Of a stretch of 64,000 nucleotides of DNA, positions 19,004-29,436 are shown piece after piece. The DNA comes from an uncultured Halieaceae bacterium. Its GTDB lineage: Bacteria; Pseudomonadota; Gammaproteobacteria; Pseudomonadales; Halieaceae. Position numbers and translations under genes: made by a program. Where the stretch lies: NCBI GenBank assembly GCA_963966765.1, contig CAXAAR010000002.1:553-64552 (forward strand), read 5' to 3'. Each line of letters opens with the position of its first letter. Position 1 is the stretch's first letter. A model generated the notes under the pieces. It searched no databases. It saw only the letters and a list, made by a program, of their open reading frames with translations, and was not told the origin of the DNA.

Positions 19004-19822
19004 TTACTGCCTCGGCATGCGGGAGCGAGGCAAAGCACTTGGGTCACTCGCTCGAAATGGAGTGATATCGATGCCGCCACGTCGCGTGTAGAACGCCTGA
19101 ACAGCGAGCGAGCGCGGCGCAAAGGTACTCCATAAATCACAATAAATACGCTCGAGGCACTGCTCATGATATTCCTGATGCGTGTGAAAACTCAGTAGAT
19201 ATTGCAGTAAGGTACGTTCATCAATATTGGGACCGCACCAGCGAACCTGAACACTCGCCCAGTCCGGCTGAGCGGTCACCGGGCATAAACTGCGCAGCTT
19301 GTGGGTATACCAAGTTCTCTCTACCTCGCTGTCGTCTTGACTGCGCAGAATTTCTTTGGCGGGCTTGACCGCGCCAACCACATCGCTGTGGCGATCAAGA
19401 CAGTCTCCATCCAGGGCGCTTCCAGCCATTGAAGGATCATCAACCTCTAGAATGTCGAGGCTAACGGGCATGTTAACCACTTTGCTAACATCTGACTGAA
19501 TTACATCCCGAGCCTCTTCGACTGTCTTAAAGCGAGTTAAGTTCAAAGAATTAAGATATAGTTTCAGAGACTTAGACTCGGTAATGAAAGTCGACTCGCA
19601 GGGAACCAATAGCCGCCCAACAAACACCTGCGGTACCCCGTCCGCATTTAACCAGGACAGTTCATAGATATGCCAAAGGTCAACGCCGAACATCGGCAAC
19701 TGCGAGGCGTTCGAATCGATAGTCGCGCGCCCCACCGCTCTTGCAATTGGGAACAACACCTCTGGCGAGTATGAGGTGGGAGCAGGCGTTTTCTCGCCTA
19801 GAACAAAGATTTTATCACTCAT
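19004..19822 (-). CDS. queF: NADPH-dependent 7-cyano-7-deazaguanine reductase (two-domain type)
   Basis: LWHIYELSWLNADGVPQVFVGRLLVPCESTFITESKSLKLYLNS and ...HTHQEYHEQCLERIY are QueF motifs. I trimmed the track ORF to the ATG at 19822 (MSDKIFVLGEK...), giving 272 aa. Confidence 0.85.
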   Translation of the reverse strand: MSDKIFVLGEKTPAPTSYSPEVLFPIARAVGRATIDSNASQLPMFGVDLWHIYELSWLNADGVPQVFVGRLLVPCESTFITESKSLKLYLNSLNLTRFKTVEEARDVIQSDVSKVVNMPVSLDILEVDDPSMAGSALDGDCLDRHSDVVGAVKPAKEILRSQDDSEVERTWYTHKLRSLCPVTAQPDWASVQVRWCGPNIDERTLLQYLLSFHTHQEYHEQCLERIYCDLWSTFAPRSLAVQAFYTRRGGIDITPFRASDPSALPRSRMPRQ

Positions 19823-19853
19823 TGTGCTTCCATTCAGGCGCGTCCAGAAATCT

Positions 19854-20627
19854 CTACTGACGCAATCTTGTTCCACTATTGAGCAAGTGCATGCAGTACG
19901 CATAGGCAATCACTGTGAAAACTCCAATCATACCGAAAGCAAACTCGATACTCACATCAGACACACCCAGCACGCCGTATCGGAAGGCATTAACTACGTA
20001 CACCAATGGATTGAGTTGCGATACCCCACGCCAAAAATCGGGCAACAGATCCAGACTGTAGAACACACCACCGAGATAGATAAGCGGGGTCAAAACGAAA
20101 GTAGGAACGATAGAAATATCATCGAACGAGTTGGCAAACACGGCATTAATGAATCCGGCCAAAGCAAACAAGATCGATGTCATAGTCACGATAGCGACAA
20201 CAACCGGGAAGCTGTAAATCGACAGCTCCGTGAAGAACAGCGCTACGATCGTGACGATAACGGCCACCATCAACCCGCGCGTCACACCTCCCAGAATATA
20301 ACCCCACAAGATAATGTAGTTAGGCGTAGGCGATACCAGAAGTTCTTCAATGCTGTTATTGAACTTCGATCCAAAAAATGAAGACACTACGTTCGAGTAT
20401 GAATTAGTCACAATCGCCATCATGATCAAACCGGGAACTACGAACTGCATATAGGTAAATCCACCCATTTCGCCGATTCGAGAGCCAACCAAGGTCCCGA
20501 AAATCACGAAATACAAGGACATCGTAATGGCTGAAGGAAGTAATGTTTGAGTCCAGATGCGGGTGTAGCGACGGACCTCTTTACGCAGAATAGTCACGAA
20601 AGCGATATATTGTTCAGTCCAATTCAA
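19854..20627 (-). CDS. yadH: ABC-2 type transporter permease (YadH-like)
   Basis: 257 aa with six TM. The ABC-2 membrane-protein layout overlaps the upstream ATPase gene by 4 nt. Confidence 0.8.
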   Translation of the reverse strand: MNWTEQYIAFVTILRKEVRRYTRIWTQTLLPSAITMSLYFVIFGTLVGSRIGEMGGFTYMQFVVPGLIMMAIVTNSYSNVVSSFFGSKFNNSIEELLVSPTPNYIILWGYILGGVTRGLMVAVIVTIVALFFTELSIYSFPVVVAIVTMTSILFALAGFINAVFANSFDDISIVPTFVLTPLIYLGGVFYSLDLLPDFWRGVSQLNPLVYVVNAFRYGVLGVSDVSIEFAFGMIGVFTVIAYAYCMHLLNSGTRLRQ

Positions 20628-21544
20628 GCTGCATTCCCCTCAACCAGATTAACAAACATTTCTTCAAGCCGATTGGCGCGATTGCGCATGCTCTGAACGC
20701 CAATCCCGCTCGCACTCAACGCTTGGAAAACTTCATTCAATTGCTGACCTTTTTGAACCTCGACTTCAAGCGTGTGAGCATCGACTCGACGCACAAGGAA
20801 CCCTTCAACCACAACGTTCTCGGGAAGCTCATGCCCGCAATCAAATATAAAGACCTCGCGCTGGAGGCGTCTTAAAAGCGTTTTCATCGACGTGTTCTCG
20901 ACAATTTCGCCATGATTGATAATCGCAATATTGCGACACAAGGCTTCCGCTTCCTCTAGATAATGTGTGGTCAAAATAATGGTGGTTCCACCGCTGTTAA
21001 TCTCTTGCAAGAACTCCCACATTGCTCGACGCATCTCGATATCAACACCGGCTGTAGGCTCGTCGAGAATCAACAACTTGGGCTCATGAATCAGAGCTCT
21101 CGCGATCATAAGACGACGCTTCATTCCGCCAGAGAGCATCCGTGACACCACATCGCGCTTTTCCCACAGGCCCAGTTTCTTCAAATAGTAATCGGCCCTT
21201 TCTTCAGCTAGCGCTCGCGGAATCCCATAGTATCCGGCCTGTGTTAATAGGATATCTCTCGCTTTCTCAAAAACGTTGAAATTGAACTCTTGCGGTACGA
21301 TACCGATGTACTTCTTTGCCAAGGCGAAATCAACATCGATATCCACTCCGTGGACTCGAACGGAACCACTACTTTTGGCGACCAAGGAACAGATAATCCC
21401 TATGGTGGTCGATTTCCCAGCACCATTGGGGCCCAGCAGTGCGAAGAAGTCGCCCTGCGCAACAGACAAACTGATACCCTTGAGCGCATTGAAGCCGCTC
21501 CCGTAGGTTTTGCTGAGGTTTTCTATTTCTAGAGCTGGTATCAT
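20624..21544 (-). CDS. yadG: ABC transporter ATP-binding protein (YadG-like)
   Basis: Walker A GPNGAGKST, signature LSGGMKRRL and Walker B LILDEPTAG are present. I chose the start at ATG 21544 (MIPALEIENLSKTYG) by analogy with YadG. The upstream ATG at 21580 is also possible. Confidence 0.85.
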   Translation of the reverse strand: MIPALEIENLSKTYGSGFNALKGISLSVAQGDFFALLGPNGAGKSTTIGIICSLVAKSSGSVRVHGVDIDVDFALAKKYIGIVPQEFNFNVFEKARDILLTQAGYYGIPRALAEERADYYLKKLGLWEKRDVVSRMLSGGMKRRLMIARALIHEPKLLILDEPTAGVDIEMRRAMWEFLQEINSGGTTIILTTHYLEEAEALCRNIAIINHGEIVENTSMKTLLRRLQREVFIFDCGHELPENVVVEGFLVRRVDAHTLEVEVQKGQQLNEVFQALSASGIGVQSMRNRANRLEEMFVNLVEGNAA

Positions 21545-21614
21545 AGCGCGGTCGTTTCCCAACAAAATGGAGGACGGCATTGTAACGCCTTACGTCAAGA
21601 GAAACGACCGTCAG

Positions 21615-21998
21615 ATGAATCAATCTCCGTATCATACCCAGTTGGTAAAACAATTTTCTGAGTTCGTCAGAACGATCAGCACTCAATCTGGTGCCCTTGA
21701 TCCGCAGCACCCCTTTAAGTTGTGGTGTCAACGAACGTCAGCTCTCTTAGAGGCCCATCCTTTGAAGCTTGACGAGATTACAGATCAAGTGAACACACTT
21801 TTCATTCACTTTGCTGATTTAACCCCCCTATTCCCGCGCGACATCCTGTTTTTTCTGGGTGGTGATTGCCTTCATTTCATGCCAGACGAGGAAATTCAGG
21901 CCTATCAGGCGCTTGACGAGCTTCGCTATAGTGCCGAGAGTCAGGGTAAGCCTTTTGACTGGGAAGCGAGCAAGGAATCCCTAAAAAAATTGCAATAA
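21615..21998 (+). CDS. Hypothetical protein
   Basis: The start is uncertain; I chose ATG 21615 (MNQSPYHTQLVKQF...) because earlier in-frame starts overlap the divergent ABC gene. The composition is protein-like (…DILFFLGGDCLHFMPDEEIQAYQALDELRY…), but I recognise no family. Confidence 0.45.
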   Translation: MNQSPYHTQLVKQFSEFVRTISTQSGALDPQHPFKLWCQRTSALLEAHPLKLDEITDQVNTLFIHFADLTPLFPRDILFFLGGDCLHFMPDEEIQAYQALDELRYSAESQGKPFDWEASKESLKKLQ

Positions 21999-22012
21999 GT
22001 CATCTCATACCC

Positions 22013-22041
22013 TTGACTCAATCACGCTCGCTCCCTACAAT
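22013..22041 (+). promoter_or_regulatory. Sigma70-type promoter for the tRNA-Glu/tRNA-Gly pair
   Basis: TTGACT (22013-22018), an exact 17-nt spacer and TACAAT (22036-22041). A GC-rich discriminator TCGCGCC follows, and mature tRNA-Glu starts about 27 nt downstream. Confidence 0.65.
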
Positions 22042-22067
22042 TCGCGCCACTTGGTTAAGTCCTTTGC

Positions 22068-22143
22068 GTCCCCTTCGTCTAGTGGCCTAGGACACCGCCC
22101 TTTCACGGCGGTAACAGGGGTTCGAACCCCCTAGGGGACGCCA
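22068..22143 (+). tRNA. tRNA-Glu (anticodon TTC)
   Basis: Folded by hand. The acceptor stem is GTCCCCT/AGGGGAC, the anticodon loop is CTTTCAC, and TTCGAA and an encoded CCA are present. Confidence 0.92.
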
Positions 22144-22168
22144 CTTAATCAATGAAATAGCACGATGT

Positions 22169-22244
22169 GCGGGAATAGCTCAGTTGGTAGAGCGCAACCT
22201 TGCCAAGGTTGAGGTCGCCGGTTCGAACCCGGTTTCCCGCTCCA
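22169..22244 (+). tRNA. tRNA-Gly (anticodon GCC)
   Basis: Folded by hand. The acceptor stem is GCGGGAA/TTCCCGC, the anticodon loop is TTGCCAA, and the T-loop TTCGAAC and an encoded CCA are present. Confidence 0.92.
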
Positions 22245-22267
22245 AGCATTGATCAAATCAAGAACTT

Positions 22268-22684
22268 TCAGCTCTCATTACGACCTTCTTCAGAACCGCT
22301 CGCCTCGAACGTTAGCGATACGCTATTAATGCAAAATCGCAAGCCAGTGGGTTGGGGACCGTCGGGAAAAACGTGCCCTAAATGGGCGCCACACTGATCG
22401 CACATCACCTCTGTCCGGATCATGCCATGAGTGGTATCCGTTTCTTCTCGCAATACGCCGGGACGCAACGGCTCAAAAAAACTGGGCCAACCACAACCTG
22501 CATCGAATTTGGTATCCGACACGAACAATGGGGTGTTGCAGCAAACGCAGTGATAAACCCCTTTCGCTGAGTGATTCCAGAACTCGCCCGTAAAGGGCCG
22601 CTCGGTTCCTTTTAGACAGCACACATCATACGCTTGCGGGCTGAGTTTCGTTCGCCAATCAATGCTTGTATCGTCCATTGTCAT
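22268..22684 (-). CDS. msrB: Peptide-methionine (R)-S-oxide reductase
   Basis: 138 aa with two CxxC pairs ([16 protein letters not shown]) and the catalytic RFCINS motif. Confidence 0.9.
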   Translation of the reverse strand: MTMDDTSIDWRTKLSPQAYDVCCLKGTERPFTGEFWNHSAKGVYHCVCCNTPLFVSDTKFDAGCGWPSFFEPLRPGVLREETDTTHGMIRTEVMCDQCGAHLGHVFPDGPQPTGLRFCINSVSLTFEASGSEEGRNES

Positions 22685-23811
22685 GAATCCTTCCGCTCAA
22701 GTTGAAAAGCTTTAGCAACACACGCGATCCACTCACTGGGGGCATCACAGTGAAGCTGTGCACCAAACAGCTCACGTCGCTCACGATAATCCCGTCGCAA
22801 GCGATCAAACTGTCGTCCTCGCTCTACGCCACCAGAATCGCGCAGGGCCCGGCGTAGCAGTGCATCATCAGTCGTAATATCGTATACCTGCTCCAACAAC
22901 AGTCTCACTGCTTGTGCCATTGAGTGGTGTTCACCTAACTGAACACTCACGCTGGGCAGACCGATGCCGGCATTTCCTCCCTCTAAACGTAAGAATGAGG
23001 TTAGCGCTTCACCAAGCATTTGAGTACCACGCCACTTGCCATCCTTACTATAACCAGCTACGTGGGGCGTTGCCAAAGAAGCTTGTTCTATGAGTGCTTC
23101 ACTGATACACGGTTCTCCCTCCCAGCAATCAACGATCAAGCTCGGTCCACCCCGGGACGCTCGTTCGAGCAAAGCGGTTTCGTCGATGATACCTCCGCGA
23201 GCCGCGTTAATAAGAACTTGTTCGGGTCGTAACGTGGTGAGCACTTGTCTGTTCAGCAGATGCCAACTCGGAAAGCGACCCTCTTGGCTCAACGCGCAAT
23301 GCAGAGATACGACGTCACAGCGCATCACTTGCTCGAAAGAGGCACTCACTGGGCACTGCTTAATATAAGGATCGTAAACCAGTACCGAAATACCGAGTGT
23401 GCGAGCCACACTAACGAGTCGCTGACCGACATTCCCATAGCCAATGACGCCAAGACTTGAATGACCTTCACACAGAGCGTCTAGAGTCGCTCCGATTTCA
23501 GCGAGGGCGGCAAATACATACTCGACAACCGACTGAGCATTACTTCCCGACGCGAGGGCAAAATGTCGTCCCGTGCTCTTGAGATACTCCATATCGATGT
23601 GATCATGACCGGCAGTAGCTGAGCCGACAAACCTGACAGGGGTATCCTTTAGAAGTACTTCATCGACTCGAGACACGGAACGAACCAATAACGCGTCTGC
23701 TGTTAACAAATCACGTCGAGAAATGCTACGACCGTCTAACGCCGTGATTTCACCCAAGTGCCCTAACAGCTGCTCAAGGCCGGGGATATTGTGGTCAGCC
23801 ACGATATTCAC
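22681..23811 (-). CDS. pdxB: 4-phosphoerythronate dehydrogenase
   Basis: D-2-hydroxyacid dehydrogenase fold ([12 protein letters not shown]) with a PdxB-type N-terminus [16 protein letters not shown] and a C-terminal dimerisation domain. I moved the start to GTG 23811, 10 nt after the epmC stop. The track ATG at 23877 would overlap epmC by 56 nt. Confidence 0.8.
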   Translation of the reverse strand: MNIVADHNIPGLEQLLGHLGEITALDGRSISRRDLLTADALLVRSVSRVDEVLLKDTPVRFVGSATAGHDHIDMEYLKSTGRHFALASGSNAQSVVEYVFAALAEIGATLDALCEGHSSLGVIGYGNVGQRLVSVARTLGISVLVYDPYIKQCPVSASFEQVMRCDVVSLHCALSQEGRFPSWHLLNRQVLTTLRPEQVLINAARGGIIDETALLERASRGGPSLIVDCWEGEPCISEALIEQASLATPHVAGYSKDGKWRGTQMLGEALTSFLRLEGGNAGIGLPSVSVQLGEHHSMAQAVRLLLEQVYDITTDDALLRRALRDSGGVERGRQFDRLRRDYRERRELFGAQLHCDAPSEWIACVAKAFQLERKDS

Positions 23812-23821
23812 TGAATCAAGC

Positions 23822-24361
23822 TCATGCGCGCTGGGTATGGCACTGATTTTCGTGAAATGCTGAATAACTCTCGGCAAGCTGAAGCAAGAGTTCTTGCAAC
23901 TCTAGCCAACGTTGTGGCCACACGATTGCACGTAACCTAAGCACCTCATCGCTGACTTGGTCGGCGAATTGTTGGGTGACTGCACGAGTGAATCCATTTT
24001 CAAGATTATCGAGGCTGACTTGAAAAGGAATGCCGAGCACTCGACAGAATATCGATTCCAGAGCCTGAGGCTTAGCCTCTACCGGCATAAATGCAAGCTG
24101 CTGCTCGAAGGACCGTCCATCTGCTTCATACCAATAGCCATAGTCATCCAAACCTCTGCGCACCGTTCCCGCAATGCACCAATGCGCGAGTTCGTGCAGT
24201 GCACTTCTTAGATAGTCGGCTCGGTAAACAATCGTGGCATAGGGTGTAGACTCCGACGCCGCTTTATAGAACGGCTCTTCAGCGCCACCGCACAAACGTA
24301 CCGCATACCGTTGCCCCATGCCGGCGTTAAAAGCATCTGCTAGTTCAATGGCCGTTACCAT
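23822..24361 (-). CDS. epmC: Elongation factor P hydroxylase EpmC (YfcM family)
   Basis: RLCGGAEEPFY...LHELAHWCIAG..RRGLDDYGYWYEADGRSFEQQLAFMPVEAKPQALE...LDNLENGF aligns with E. coli YfcM as I recall it. I chose the ATG at 24361 (MVTAIELADAFN) as the start. Confidence 0.75.
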   Translation of the reverse strand: MVTAIELADAFNAGMGQRYAVRLCGGAEEPFYKAASESTPYATIVYRADYLRSALHELAHWCIAGTVRRGLDDYGYWYEADGRSFEQQLAFMPVEAKPQALESIFCRVLGIPFQVSLDNLENGFTRAVTQQFADQVSDEVLRLRAIVWPQRWLELQELLLQLAESYSAFHENQCHTQRA

Positions 24362-24581
24362 CAGTACCGACTCGCAAGTGAAACTCAACGTATTGATCGC
24401 GTGACTCTGTCGCCAGCAGCGTATGCCCCAAGAACCGACAAAACTGAGGTACATCTCGGAGCGCTGCAGGATCTGTCGTCAAGACACTAAACTCGTCGCC
24501 TTTTTGTGCCCTATGCATCGCTTGGTGCAATAACATAATGGGTTCTGGGCAAACTAAGCCACGAGCATCTAACTGGGTCAT
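24345..24581 (-). CDS. TusA-family sulfurtransferase
   Basis: 78 aa. LDARGLVCPEPIMLLHQAM contains the CPxP active-site motif. Confidence 0.8.
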   Translation of the reverse strand: MTQLDARGLVCPEPIMLLHQAMHRAQKGDEFSVLTTDPAALRDVPQFCRFLGHTLLATESRDQYVEFHLRVGTDGNGH

Positions 24582-24592
24582 GACGCTATCGT

Positions 24593-25417
24593 TCAGAGTG
24601 GCTTCTGAAACTTAAGTGTCATTCTGTCACTTTCGCCAATTGCAGTATACTTGTCTCGATCAGTATCACCCATGCGATATGACGGTGGTAACGTCCAAAC
24701 CCCGTTCTCATAATCTTTGGTGTCCCGCGAATTGGCGTTGACTTCGGACTGGCCTACGAGTTCGAAACCTATCAGTTCGGCCATCTCAATAACAAAGGCT
24801 TCTGTGACGTAACCTGAGGATTTCATATCTTCAAGACTGCGACCTGGATCGCTTCTATGTTGAACAACTCCGAAAATACCGCCAGGCTTTAGTGCTGTGT
24901 AGGCAGCCATAAAAGCTCGCTCAACCGAGTTAAGGCGAATCCAAGAATGAATATTTCGAAATGAAAGTACGACGTCTGCTGTGCCATCGGGGGCCATAGC
25001 AGTTGAGGAGCTAGGACTGAATTCAGTAATGATAACATTGCCGTAAATATCGTCCTGAGTGCCAATCTTCGTTAAGAAAGAACCCATTGCTCGGCGGGCA
25101 TAGGCTGAATCATTGATGCCAAACTGCGCCGCGTACAAGGTACCTTCTTTTGCTAGTACGGGTGCTAACACCTCGGTATACCAGCCCCCACCAGGATACA
25201 TTTCAACGACAACGCTACTGGGTGTCACACCAAAAAACTCGAGTGTTTGTGCGGGGTTACGAAAGCTGTCCCGCGCGCGATTCGATTCAGAGCGGTGCTC
25301 TCCCGCAAGCACAGTGGCCCAATCTGTCGCAGCTGTGGTCAAACTGGATGCAACCAGCAAGAGAGCCAGCAGCATATTAACGAAGATCTCGCGATTAAGA
25401 CGTATTACTGATTCCAT
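24593..25417 (-). CDS. Class I SAM-dependent methyltransferase with signal peptide
   Basis: I chose the ATG at 25417 (MESVIRLNREIFVNMLLALLLVASSLTTAA) as the start. VVEMYPGGGWYTEVLAPVL and LKPGGIFGVVQH are methyltransferase motifs I and post-I/II-like. Confidence 0.7.
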   Translation of the reverse strand: MESVIRLNREIFVNMLLALLLVASSLTTAATDWATVLAGEHRSESNRARDSFRNPAQTLEFFGVTPSSVVVEMYPGGGWYTEVLAPVLAKEGTLYAAQFGINDSAYARRAMGSFLTKIGTQDDIYGNVIITEFSPSSSTAMAPDGTADVVLSFRNIHSWIRLNSVERAFMAAYTALKPGGIFGVVQHRSDPGRSLEDMKSSGYVTEAFVIEMAELIGFELVGQSEVNANSRDTKDYENGVWTLPPSYRMGDTDRDKYTAIGESDRMTLKFQKPL

Positions 25418-25489
25418 GGCACTCTCCTTTTGCACATTGGCATGACACGCTCTACTATAACTTCTTTCGGACAACTTGTGGATGAATCC

Positions 25490-26008
25490 ATGCTGAAACC
25501 TTACCTGCTAAGCATCATTGGTGACGACCAACCCGGACTCGTCGACGCGATTGCAGAACAGATCGCCCTCCATGGCGGCAACTGGCAAACCAGTCAACTC
25601 TCACACCTAGCCGGGAAATTTGCTGGAATTGTTCTAGTAACTATACCCACGGCTGAGTCTGGGGCCTTAGAGGAAAGCTTAAAGAGGCTATCTGATCGAG
25701 GTTTGAGCGTTCGTGTTACCGAGGCAGGCACGCAGCCTTCCTATTCGGGAGGCACCGCTTCCCTGTCTATTATCGGGCCCGACCGCCCCGGTATCGTTCG
25801 CGAAGTGTCGCAATCACTCGCCCAGAGGGCCATTAATGTGTTGTCATTCGAAAGCGACATTGTGCCCGCCCCCATGACTAACGAGCCACTATTCCACGCC
25901 GCACTGCAGGTCGCACTGCCAAGCACAGTCGACGAGCAAGAGCTCGAAGCGCGGCTAACAGCGATTGCAGATGAAATGACAATCGATATTGACTTCGAGA
26001 TCGACTAA
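25490..26008 (+). CDS. gcvR: Glycine cleavage system transcriptional repressor-like ACT-domain protein
   Basis: There are two ACT-like repeats (LLSIIGDDQPGLVDAIAEQIALHGGNW and LSIIGPDRPGIVREVSQSLAQRAINV). I chose the ATG at 25490 as the start. Confidence 0.7.
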   Translation: MLKPYLLSIIGDDQPGLVDAIAEQIALHGGNWQTSQLSHLAGKFAGIVLVTIPTAESGALEESLKRLSDRGLSVRVTEAGTQPSYSGGTASLSIIGPDRPGIVREVSQSLAQRAINVLSFESDIVPAPMTNEPLFHAALQVALPSTVDEQELEARLTAIADEMTIDIDFEID

Positions 26009-26241
26009 TCGTCAGAGCGTGAGCCTGCCAACCATCGTTTAATCGTTTGCCACACTAATACAGTGATCGCTGCGGCAGCGACGACCAAGAAAAGAGTAAC
26101 GATCGAAGTCAGCAATGCTTCGATCAGAACACCTACATCGGCCCCGACAATATCGATCGCACCCCAAAAAAGAGCCACCACAGCAACAATGCCGAGGACA
26201 ATAGTGCGAGCGACTCTCAGCTTCCGCTTGCGTGATGCCAT
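26005..26241 (-). CDS. Hypothetical small membrane protein (two predicted TM)
   Basis: 78-aa ORF with two hydrophobic segments and basic termini. It overlaps the upstream MFS gene end by 25 nt. I recognise no family. Confidence 0.4.
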   Translation of the reverse strand: MASRKRKLRVARTIVLGIVAVVALFWGAIDIVGADVGVLIEALLTSIVTLFLVVAAAAITVLVWQTIKRWLAGSRSDD

Positions 26242-27377
26242 AGTTGATTCACCATTAGCCTACGAGAAATTAGTAGAGCGATAATACTCGCGATACTGGC
26301 CATCCAAAAGGCATAAGACGGATTCAATGGCCATAAAACCGCACTGAGCAACGCGCCAAGAGCGCCGCCGACACCGTAGCTAATCATGCTGTACAAAGCC
26401 TGCCCCTGCCCAGATAAATTACCAGGCACATGTTGTCGCAACAGTTCAATGCTACTCGCATGAAACAAACCAAACGTGCCGGCATGGAGCAACTGTACTA
26501 TCAGCAACATCGCCAAATTACCGACGAATTGATCGAGCAAAATCCATCGAATCACTGACAAGGCAAGCGCCCATTGAAACAGCACCACCGCGCCGAATCG
26601 TGGCAGTATTCGGTGCATCAGCATAAAAACAAACATTTCACTCACTGCTCCGAGCGCCCAAAACACCCCAGTTTGGGTTTTGTTGTAACCCGCGGATTCA
26701 ACATACAGAGAAAAATAGGTGTAATACGGTCCATGCGCTAGCTGTAAGAGTAAACAGGCCAGCATAAACCCAATGAAAGGACGATTGAGCAAAACGCTCA
26801 AAGGGGCATTCGAGTGCTGCTCGCCCAGCTTTTGCTTGGGGCTTGCTATCGACAGTGACAGCAACCACAAAGCCACGAAACAGCCGAGCAATAAAGCGGG
26901 AACATGGCTAATGGGAGCGGCATTGAAGTACCAACCGAGACCGACCGCAGCACCGATAAACCCTGCTGATCCCCAGACCCTGACTTGGCTATAGCGGTGG
27001 TGATGATCGTCTAAATGATTCAGGGTGATCACTTCGAATTGCGGTAACACCGCATTCCAAAAAAAACTGTAGCCGGCTACTACCCAAACTAAAAAGCGCA
27101 TCTGTTCAGTAAAAAACACACCCACAAAGATCAGCGCAGCAGCGAAGCTGCCCCACTGCACCACCAGCATTCTTCTTGGCACGCTATCTCCTAGCTTGCC
27201 CCAAATGATTGGCGATACGATACGCGTAGTCATTAGTACTGCCATCAAGACACCAATATCGCCTGCTGTCATCCCAATAGACTGCAGGTAAAGCGGCCAA
27301 AATGGCAGCAAAATGCCTAAAATCGCAAAATAGAATAAATAAAAAGTCGACAGGCGAACGTGTGGATAGGATCTCAC
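26217..27377 (-). CDS. MFS transporter (HcaT / 3-phenylpropionate-permease-like)
   Basis: 386 aa with 12 TM. The N-terminus LSTFYLFYFAILGILLPFWPLYLQSIGMTAGDIG is typical of the MFS_1_like/PPP family. Confidence 0.75.
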   Translation of the reverse strand: MRSYPHVRLSTFYLFYFAILGILLPFWPLYLQSIGMTAGDIGVLMAVLMTTRIVSPIIWGKLGDSVPRRMLVVQWGSFAAALIFVGVFFTEQMRFLVWVVAGYSFFWNAVLPQFEVITLNHLDDHHHRYSQVRVWGSAGFIGAAVGLGWYFNAAPISHVPALLLGCFVALWLLSLSIASPKQKLGEQHSNAPLSVLLNRPFIGFMLACLLLQLAHGPYYTYFSLYVESAGYNKTQTGVFWALGAVSEMFVFMLMHRILPRFGAVVLFQWALALSVIRWILLDQFVGNLAMLLIVQLLHAGTFGLFHASSIELLRQHVPGNLSGQGQALYSMISYGVGGALGALLSAVLWPLNPSYAFWMASIASIIALLISRRLMVNQLWHHASGS

Positions 27378-27385
27378 GCGTTGAG

Positions 27386-28477
27386 CTATGGCGTTATCGA
27401 CGGAGTGATAGACCGAACTTCGGCGTTCTGACCACGATGACGCAAGGCATGATCAAGCAACACAATAGCCAGCATCGCCTCGGCGATCGGCGTGGCGCGA
27501 ATACCAACACATGGATCGTGCCGACCGGTCGTAATCACCTCTTGAGGTGCCCCGTGAACGTCTATTGATGCGCCCGGAATACGGATGCTCGAGGTCGGCT
27601 TTAAGGCGAGACTCACTGTGATATCTTGACCCGAGGAAATTCCGCCGAGAACACCGCCAGCATGATTGCTCATGAAACCAGAGGGGGTTAGCTCATCTCG
27701 GTGCTCACTCCCCTTTTGTTCAACCACAGCAAAACCATCACCAACCTCAACGCCCTTAACCGCATTTATTCCCATCATAGCTGCTGCAATATCAGCATCT
27801 AAACGATCGAATACCGGTTCACCCCACCCCGCGGGGACACCGCTCGCCACCACGTTAATCCGAGCACCAATAGAGTCGCCTTTTTTATTCAGCGCCTTCA
27901 TAAACTCGGCCATAGCATCGATCTTGGTGGGATCGGGGCAGAAAAATGGGTTGGTTTCGACACAGTCCCACTGCAGAGTCTCGGCCTTAATGGGGCCTAG
28001 TTGCGCCAAATATCCCCTGACCTGTACTCCGAACACTTCGCGCAAGTATTTCTTAGCAATACCGCCCGCAGCAACTCGCATGGCCGTCTCGCGAGCGGAG
28101 GACCGGCCGCCTCCTCTATAATCCCGAACGCCAAACTTTTGCTGATAGGTATAATCGGCATGCGCCGGTCGGAAAGTGTTGGCAATTGACGAGTAGTCTT
28201 TCGATTTTTGGTCTTTGTTGCGAATCAGCAGCCCAATCGAGGTGCCGGTGGTAACACCTTCGAAGACGCCGGAGAGAATTTCCACTTCGTCGTCTTCTTT
28301 TCTTTGAGTGGTATAGCGTGAGGTGCCAGGCTTGCGACGATCTAAATCAACTTGGAGATCGTCTGCGCTGAGTGACAATCCGGGTGGGCAGCCATCTACG
28401 ATGCAGCCGATGGCTGGTCCATGACTCTCACCAAAGGTGGTGACCGTAAACAATTTACCTATGCTATTACCCGACAT
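27386..28477 (-). CDS. aroC: Chorismate synthase
   Basis: [33 protein letters not shown]... is the canonical AroC N-terminus. I trimmed the track ORF to the ATG at 28477. Confidence 0.92.
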   Translation of the reverse strand: MSGNSIGKLFTVTTFGESHGPAIGCIVDGCPPGLSLSADDLQVDLDRRKPGTSRYTTQRKEDDEVEILSGVFEGVTTGTSIGLLIRNKDQKSKDYSSIANTFRPAHADYTYQQKFGVRDYRGGGRSSARETAMRVAAGGIAKKYLREVFGVQVRGYLAQLGPIKAETLQWDCVETNPFFCPDPTKIDAMAEFMKALNKKGDSIGARINVVASGVPAGWGEPVFDRLDADIAAAMMGINAVKGVEVGDGFAVVEQKGSEHRDELTPSGFMSNHAGGVLGGISSGQDITVSLALKPTSSIRIPGASIDVHGAPQEVITTGRHDPCVGIRATPIAEAMLAIVLLDHALRHRGQNAEVRSITPSITP

Positions 28478-28515
28478 AAGCTCAACCTTGCGCGCAAAAA
28501 GCGCAGTATACCGTG

Positions 28516-29418
28516 TTAGCGAAGCTGACGCCCAAGTTCTTCGACCTCGTCCAGAGTAAGCACACAAACACCCCAGCCCCCGTGTTCAAACTCGAGCCAG
28601 ATGAGCGCGGTCTGCGGAAATAAGGCTTCAAAATGCTCCCAGCTATTGCCCAGTTCTAGCACTACGATAGTACTGGCATGCATCACCCGAGGTAACTGAG
28701 CGAGTAACAGCCGAGTAAAATCTAACCCATCACTACCTGAGGCTAACGCCTGTGATGGCTCATGGCGATATTCAATCGGCAATGCTTCCATGTCTGTCGA
28801 ATCAACATAGGGCGGGTTGCAAATAATGACATCAAACAGCGTATCCGGGATCGACGAGAGCACGTCTGACTCGATCAGCTCAACTCTATCCGCCAAATTA
28901 TGCAGCTGAACATTTTCACGCGCTAAGGCCAAGGCATCAGTATCGATGTCCGCCAGAACCACTGAAGCATTAGGGAAAGCGAGTGCGCTCAAAATCCCCA
29001 GCGACCCTCCACCGCAGCAAAGATCCAAAATTTTGGGACTTGCAACTTCACGCCACCACGGAGAGAACTGATTTTCAATCAATTGAGCAATCGGTGAGCG
29101 CGGCACGAGGGCTCGCTGGTCACAGATAAATTCAAGACCAGCAAACCAAACCCGACCGGCAATATAAGGGAGAGGCAATCTATCGACACAGCGTTTTAGG
29201 AGCCATTGATCGATCTGCTGACATTCATCTTGCGTGAGCTGATCTGCCCCAGACTCTGCGTCCGTATGGAGCGGTCGACCCGTCGCGCCTAGCACTAAGA
29301 ACACGGCCTCATCCCATGGGTTATCCGTGCCGTGCCCGAGAAACACTTCAGCATCAGTCAGCGTGTGCTCAACTTGCTCAATAGCCTCGATTAAGGAAAT
29401 GGGCGCCGCTAGGGTCAT
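28516..29418 (-). CDS. prmB: 50S ribosomal protein L3 glutamine N5-methyltransferase
   Basis: 300 aa with the SAM motif [12 protein letters not shown] and the NPPY motif (ICNPPYV). It is adjacent to aroC, as in E. coli and Pseudomonas. Confidence 0.85.
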   Translation of the reverse strand: MTLAAPISLIEAIEQVEHTLTDAEVFLGHGTDNPWDEAVFLVLGATGRPLHTDAESGADQLTQDECQQIDQWLLKRCVDRLPLPYIAGRVWFAGLEFICDQRALVPRSPIAQLIENQFSPWWREVASPKILDLCCGGGSLGILSALAFPNASVVLADIDTDALALARENVQLHNLADRVELIESDVLSSIPDTLFDVIICNPPYVDSTDMEALPIEYRHEPSQALASGSDGLDFTRLLLAQLPRVMHASTIVVLELGNSWEHFEALFPQTALIWLEFEHGGWGVCVLTLDEVEELGRQLR

Positions 29419-29436
29419 GGGACGGTTGCTTCAGCC

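Noticed and set aside
19776-20381. 201-aa plus-strand ORF covering the queF start and much of the ABC-2 permease gene
   Set aside because: It is antisense to two well-supported genes. The translation is low-complexity (H/R/Q/N-rich runs), resembles no family and has no convincing start context. It is a typical shadow ORF.
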